Shown in pieces: positions 60,309-64,000 of a stretch of 64,000 bases of DNA. Positions within the stretch are counted from its first letter, which is position 1. Each line of letters starts with the position of its first letter. The stretch is from positions 832,001 through 896,000 of the forward strand of contig CBDANS010000006.1 in the NCBI GenBank assembly GCA_965197745.1, in the 5' to 3' direction. Made by a program: the position numbers and the translations under genes. Source of the DNA: Opitutales bacterium. Its GTDB lineage: Bacteria; Verrucomicrobiota; Verrucomicrobiia; Opitutales; PNEW01. The notes under the pieces are model-generated. The model was not told the origin of the DNA, did not search any database, and saw only the letters and a program-made list of their open reading frames with translations.

Positions 60309-61358
60309 TTAATTATCCGTTTTTTTCTCTAACAATTTTTCGATATTAGCAACTTTTTTGAATAAATCCGGCAACTTGCGCAATAGGACATCTATTTTTC
60401 TCGCGAGCATCAGAGGCATGACCGGAGTAGCAGTGACCTTGCTCCCTGGGTCTAAATCACGATTAACCCCTCCCTGAGCACCGATTATCGTTCCTTTCCC
60501 AATAGTGATATGACCAACCACGCCGACCTGACCCGCTAGCGTTACATTATCTTCAAGCGTCGTGCTTCCAGAGATTCCCGATTGTGCAGCTATAATACAA
60601 TTTTTCCCAATTATTACATTATGCGCTATCTGAACCAGGTTATCGATTTTTGTCCCCTGACAAATTCGTGTTTCATTAAATCGTGCTCGATCCACAGTAG
60701 TATTCGCTCCAATTTCTACGTCATTCTCTATTACCACACGCCCGATTTGAGGGTTTCTATGATACACTCCATCGCTTAAGTCATAGCCATATCCATCGGA
60801 GCCCACAACCACACCTGCGTGCAGTCTCACGCGATCACCTACTTCACAATGTGATGACAATACTACTTGCGGCATGAATCTGCAATCCTGACCCACTTGT
60901 GTATTTCGTCCGATGAAAACCATCGCATCGAGTACCGTTCCCTTACCGATCACCGCCATTGCTTCTATCACACATTGGGGTCCAATCGAAGCTTCAGGGT
61001 CAATGGAAGCTGATTGATCTACTATTGCTGTAGGATGGATACCTGGTGGAGGTGGGGGTGCGTGACGCTCCTCAATTTGCGCACATACCTTACTGAGCGC
61101 CAGAGAGGGATTAGGCACACGCAAGTAAAGCTGGTTCTTATTCGGACTCCCTTTATAATCCTCAGGTAAAAGCACAAATGAAGCACGCGATGCGGGTACT
61201 TGCTTGCGGTATTTATTGTTCCCTAAAAATGACAAGTCCCCGGGACCTGCTGTATCAAGAGCTGCGATACCGGTTATCTGTATGTCTGCGCCCCCCTCCA
61301 CACACCCTTCTCCGATGATGGTGAGGATGTCATTAATCGATAAAGATATATCCATCAC
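60309..61358 (-). CDS. lpxD: UDP-3-O-acylglucosamine N-acyltransferase
   Basis: Hexapeptide repeats, GSDGYG, EIGANTTVDR and KIDNLVQIAHN motifs. Confidence 0.96.
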   Translation of the reverse strand: MMDISLSINDILTIIGEGCVEGGADIQITGIAALDTAGPGDLSFLGNNKYRKQVPASRASFVLLPEDYKGSPNKNQLYLRVPNPSLALSKVCAQIEERHAPPPPPGIHPTAIVDQSASIDPEASIGPQCVIEAMAVIGKGTVLDAMVFIGRNTQVGQDCRFMPQVVLSSHCEVGDRVRLHAGVVVGSDGYGYDLSDGVYHRNPQIGRVVIENDVEIGANTTVDRARFNETRICQGTKIDNLVQIAHNVIIGKNCIIAAQSGISGSTTLEDNVTLAGQVGVVGHITIGKGTIIGAQGGVNRDLDPGSKVTATPVMPLMLARKIDVLLRKLPDLFKKVANIEKLLEKKTDN

Positions 61359-61579
61359 TAGAGCTTCATTAGGTCTTATCCAATAATCATAAAGGTGGAG
61401 GGCAGTATCACCAAGCTCAATTTCTATTACTTATTATAGAGCGTTCCTCCGCAGAGCATGCCTAATCGGTAATTAAGCCCTGAATAAATGATTATGGTGT
61501 GAGGCTGAGACTTGAGAAAATAGACGAAGACAAAACCTCGATTCAGTTGGCAGCAGATATGAAGGTACCAGGAAATATA

Positions 61580-62158
61580 TTAATTTCCCGGGGCATCCTC
61601 GTTAATCTTCGCCAGAACATCATCAGTGATATCCCAAGAAGGTTTAGCATATAGCACATTGGGTATACCGAGCGTGGAAGAACCTGATGTATCAAATACC
61701 AGTGACGCATTTTGTGAAACTGCTATTGCCAATGTGACTTTTTTAATTTCATCTAACATGAGGTCACGGTGCGTGCGCTGCCGCTGTTGGAGTGAACGCT
61801 CTGTATTTAACTGATATTGTTGAATCTCACGTTCCTTTTCCTGAATTACTTTTAATTTTTCCTGTGCCTCAAGTTTAGCCTTGTTGCGGAATTCATCAGT
61901 AAGCGCGGGATTATTAATCCTCTCGCGAAGATTGTTAAACTCCTCTGCAAGCACTTTGCCTTCTTCTACCAGCTCTTCTGCCTGCCCTTGCGCTTGCGCT
62001 ATGCTGTCTTTGAGCTTTTCGTTCGCTTCCTTCGTTTTATAATAATTGTTGTAAAGTTTAGCCATGTCAACGGTCACTACCTTTAACTCTTCAGAGAAAC
62101 AGCTATAGGTAAATGCCCCAATTACGATAAGAGAGAGAATAAATTTTTTCATCATCAA
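61580..62158 (-). CDS. skp: OmpH/Skp periplasmic chaperone
   Basis: Signal peptide, VVTVDM, a long coiled coil and DITDDVL..IN. It lies between bamA and lpxD. Confidence 0.9.
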   Translation of the reverse strand: MMMKKFILSLIVIGAFTYSCFSEELKVVTVDMAKLYNNYYKTKEANEKLKDSIAQAQGQAEELVEEGKVLAEEFNNLRERINNPALTDEFRNKAKLEAQEKLKVIQEKEREIQQYQLNTERSLQQRQRTHRDLMLDEIKKVTLAIAVSQNASLVFDTSGSSTLGIPNVLYAKPSWDITDDVLAKINEDAPGN

Positions 62159-62195
62159 TTGTTGTCAGAATTAATCTAATAAATTTTATCCAATT

Positions 62196-64000
62196 TTAAA
62201 ACCTTGGCCCAAAAGTAAAATGAAACTGAGGGCCATCATCATTAAGACCATCATCCGTGATAGGAATACCATAATCTAAACGCATGGGCGCTCCCAGCAC
62301 TTGAATCCGGAGGCCGAAACCCCAGTTATCATTGTAATTTGAAAAACTAAAATCCCCTTCACGGAGGTTTACAAAGCCTAAATCATAAAATAAAGCAAGT
62401 CTCATATCTTCTGATACTTTAAACGTATACTCGACACTAAAAAAACCAAAAGTGTTCCCACCGATAGGATCCAGAGTTATGGGATCTTTGGGACCTATCT
62501 GGCGAAATTCGAATCCCCTGACGTCATCAGGCCCCCCCAGGAAAAAGCGTTCAAAAAAGGGTACACTTTGGTTATTGAGAGAATATATTGACCCGGCTCG
62601 CGCATAAATACCGAGTGTTTGTTCCAAAAAGTTATGCGTGGGGAAAAATTGAGCGCCGCGCCCCTCGATTTTAAAGTATTCGGTGTCACCGCCAAGACCT
62701 GCAAATTCAGTCCTTAATTCGAGACGATTACCCCTTCTGCTATAAATGATTCTATCACGCATATCACGGATTAGATCCACCTTGATTTTGGAGACTGATC
62801 GTTCACCCTCTTCCGCTTTAATAACCGGCGATGCAAATTCAGCAACGTCAAAAATATCCACAACTTCATAGCGGTAGGTTAGCCGACCATCTAAATTTTT
62901 ATACAGGCGCTTGCGAAGAGAGGTTTGAAGACCGGTACGTAATTCATTAAAACTAACACTGACGAAATCCGTAGAAACACGGAATAAATCCACTTCCAAT
63001 GCCAGGCGCTGATCAAACAACCAGGGTTCAATGAAAGTTATACCGTACTCTTCTGAACGCGACCCAATTTCCGCACGTAATCGCAGCTTTTGACCATCTC
63101 CCTGGAAAAAAGAACGCCAATTAAACAGATCGAAATTACCTTGCGCAACCTCTCCAGTAAAGATCCCCTTGCGTAGCGAACTGAATCCGGCCCCAAATGA
63201 AAGGTTCCCGGTACGCCCTTCTTTGAGCGATATTTTCATGTTTCGGCGTTTCGGGATGTTGGTTTTTTCCGGCGACACAACCACATTATCAAAATACTGT
63301 GTGTTTATGAGACGCGCTTCGCTGGATTTCATACGCACACGGTCGAACACGTCACCGGGTGCGAGCGATAACTCTCGTAGAATAACAACACTTTTAGTTT
63401 TAGTGTTCCCTTCTATATTAATCGATTCCACGAGGATCTCTTCACTCTCATGAATGAGATAATTAATATCGATATCACCCGTAACCAGATTCGGTTTGCG
63501 CTCCGCTCGTATTCTTGTGTCGATATGCCCTTTTTGCCCAAACAAATCACGCAACTTAGTATTGTCACTATCAAGTTTATTAGGATCGAAAACCTCACCC
63601 GGGTTAAGCTTCAAATTACTTAGTAATTCGTCATCAGAGTAGAGGGTATTACCATCAAACGTTACATCCCCCACCTGGTACTGCCGTCCCTCATTAACAT
63701 TTATTGTTATACCGATTGTATTATCAGACGGGTAATCCAGGGTAACACTGGCATCCGAGATATCGACATCAAGATATCCCCTTTTTTTATAGAGGGCAAG
63801 TAGCGCATCAATATCTTCTTGAAGCGTTTCATCTTTAAATCGCCCCTTGCTAAATATTGCGTTCTTAAATGAATACTGCTTGGTTCCCAAGGTATTTTTC
63901 AATTTGCGATCACCGATTGCCTTGTTGTTAACAAACTTAACGTATGCTATTTTCAACCTTTGCCCTTCATCGATGCGGAATATAACTTTGCCATAACCAG
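62196..64000 (-). CDS. bamA: Outer membrane protein assembly factor BamA (5' truncated by the window edge)
   Basis: POTRA domains (GY motif, GNTKTK..VILREL), barrel VRGF motif and C-terminal Phe. The frame is open to the window end. Confidence 0.95.
   Translation of the reverse strand, partial: GYGKVIFRIDEGQRLKIAYVKFVNNKAIGDRKLKNTLGTKQYSFKNAIFSKGRFKDETLQEDIDALLALYKKRGYLDVDISDASVTLDYPSDNTIGITINVNEGRQYQVGDVTFDGNTLYSDDELLSNLKLNPGEVFDPNKLDSDNTKLRDLFGQKGHIDTRIRAERKPNLVTGDIDINYLIHESEEILVESINIEGNTKTKSVVILRELSLAPGDVFDRVRMKSSEARLINTQYFDNVVVSPEKTNIPKRRNMKISLKEGRTGNLSFGAGFSSLRKGIFTGEVAQGNFDLFNWRSFFQGDGQKLRLRAEIGSRSEEYGITFIEPWLFDQRLALEVDLFRVSTDFVSVSFNELRTGLQTSLRKRLYKNLDGRLTYRYEVVDIFDVAEFASPVIKAEEGERSVSKIKVDLIRDMRDRIIYSRRGNRLELRTEFAGLGGDTEYFKIEGRGAQFFPTHNFLEQTLGIYARAGSIYSLNNQSVPFFERFFLGGPDDVRGFEFRQIGPKDPITLDPIGGNTFGFFSVEYTFKVSEDMRLALFYDLGFVNLREGDFSFSNYNDNWGFGLRIQVLGAPMRLDYGIPITDDGLNDDGPQFHFTFGPRF

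Noticed and set aside
926..63598. The many 60-155-aa ORFs nested in or antisense to identified genes
   Set aside because: They overlap well-supported genes and carry no recognisable motifs, so they are treated as shadow ORFs.
1..64000. Prophage, IS, integron, tRNA/rRNA or anti-phage defence genes
   Set aside because: No integrase, transposase, phage or defence motif or RNA gene was recognised. The PIN protein is the housekeeping YacL type.

Overview
This is a gene-dense bacterial chromosomal segment, most likely from Verrucomicrobiota (Opitutales-like). That placement is inferred from a DUF5069 protein, the pilin and secretin style and the gene repertoire, and was not tested. Housekeeping genes include purEK, trkAH, prfA-prmC, mog, prlC, gluQ, a DEAD-box helicase, HPr, tyrA-aroA-cmk-plsC-thrH-pyrE, degP, prs, lpxD, skp and a partial bamA. 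I found no rRNA, tRNA, CRISPR array or transposase. Four things stand out. (1) At 39.3-50.9 kb a type IV pilin gene is followed by two GT-C-type membrane glycosyltransferases. These converge on an 8-gene operon encoding two amino-sugar aminotransferases, an epimerase/dehydratase, a polyprenyl-phosphate GT2, a flippase-like protein, a deacetylase-like protein, a methyltransferase and a sulfotransferase. Together they form a candidate system for decorating pili with a sulfated/methylated amino sugar. (2) A PilMNOPQ-like/secretin operon carries several independent lesions: in-frame TAG and TAA stops, a G11 tract, a 1-bp deletion and a lost 5' end. There are further broken genes elsewhere, so this is either ongoing genome erosion or sequence error. 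(3) An oleC-oleD pair lacks oleA/oleB, and there is a stand-alone NTT/TLC-family transporter and an NMT1/THI5-folB-amidase cluster. (4) An unannotated 39-aa membrane-peptide ORF and an 18-bp perfect inverted repeat lie near the pilin gene. All protein calls rest on motif recognition by eye. No database searches were run.
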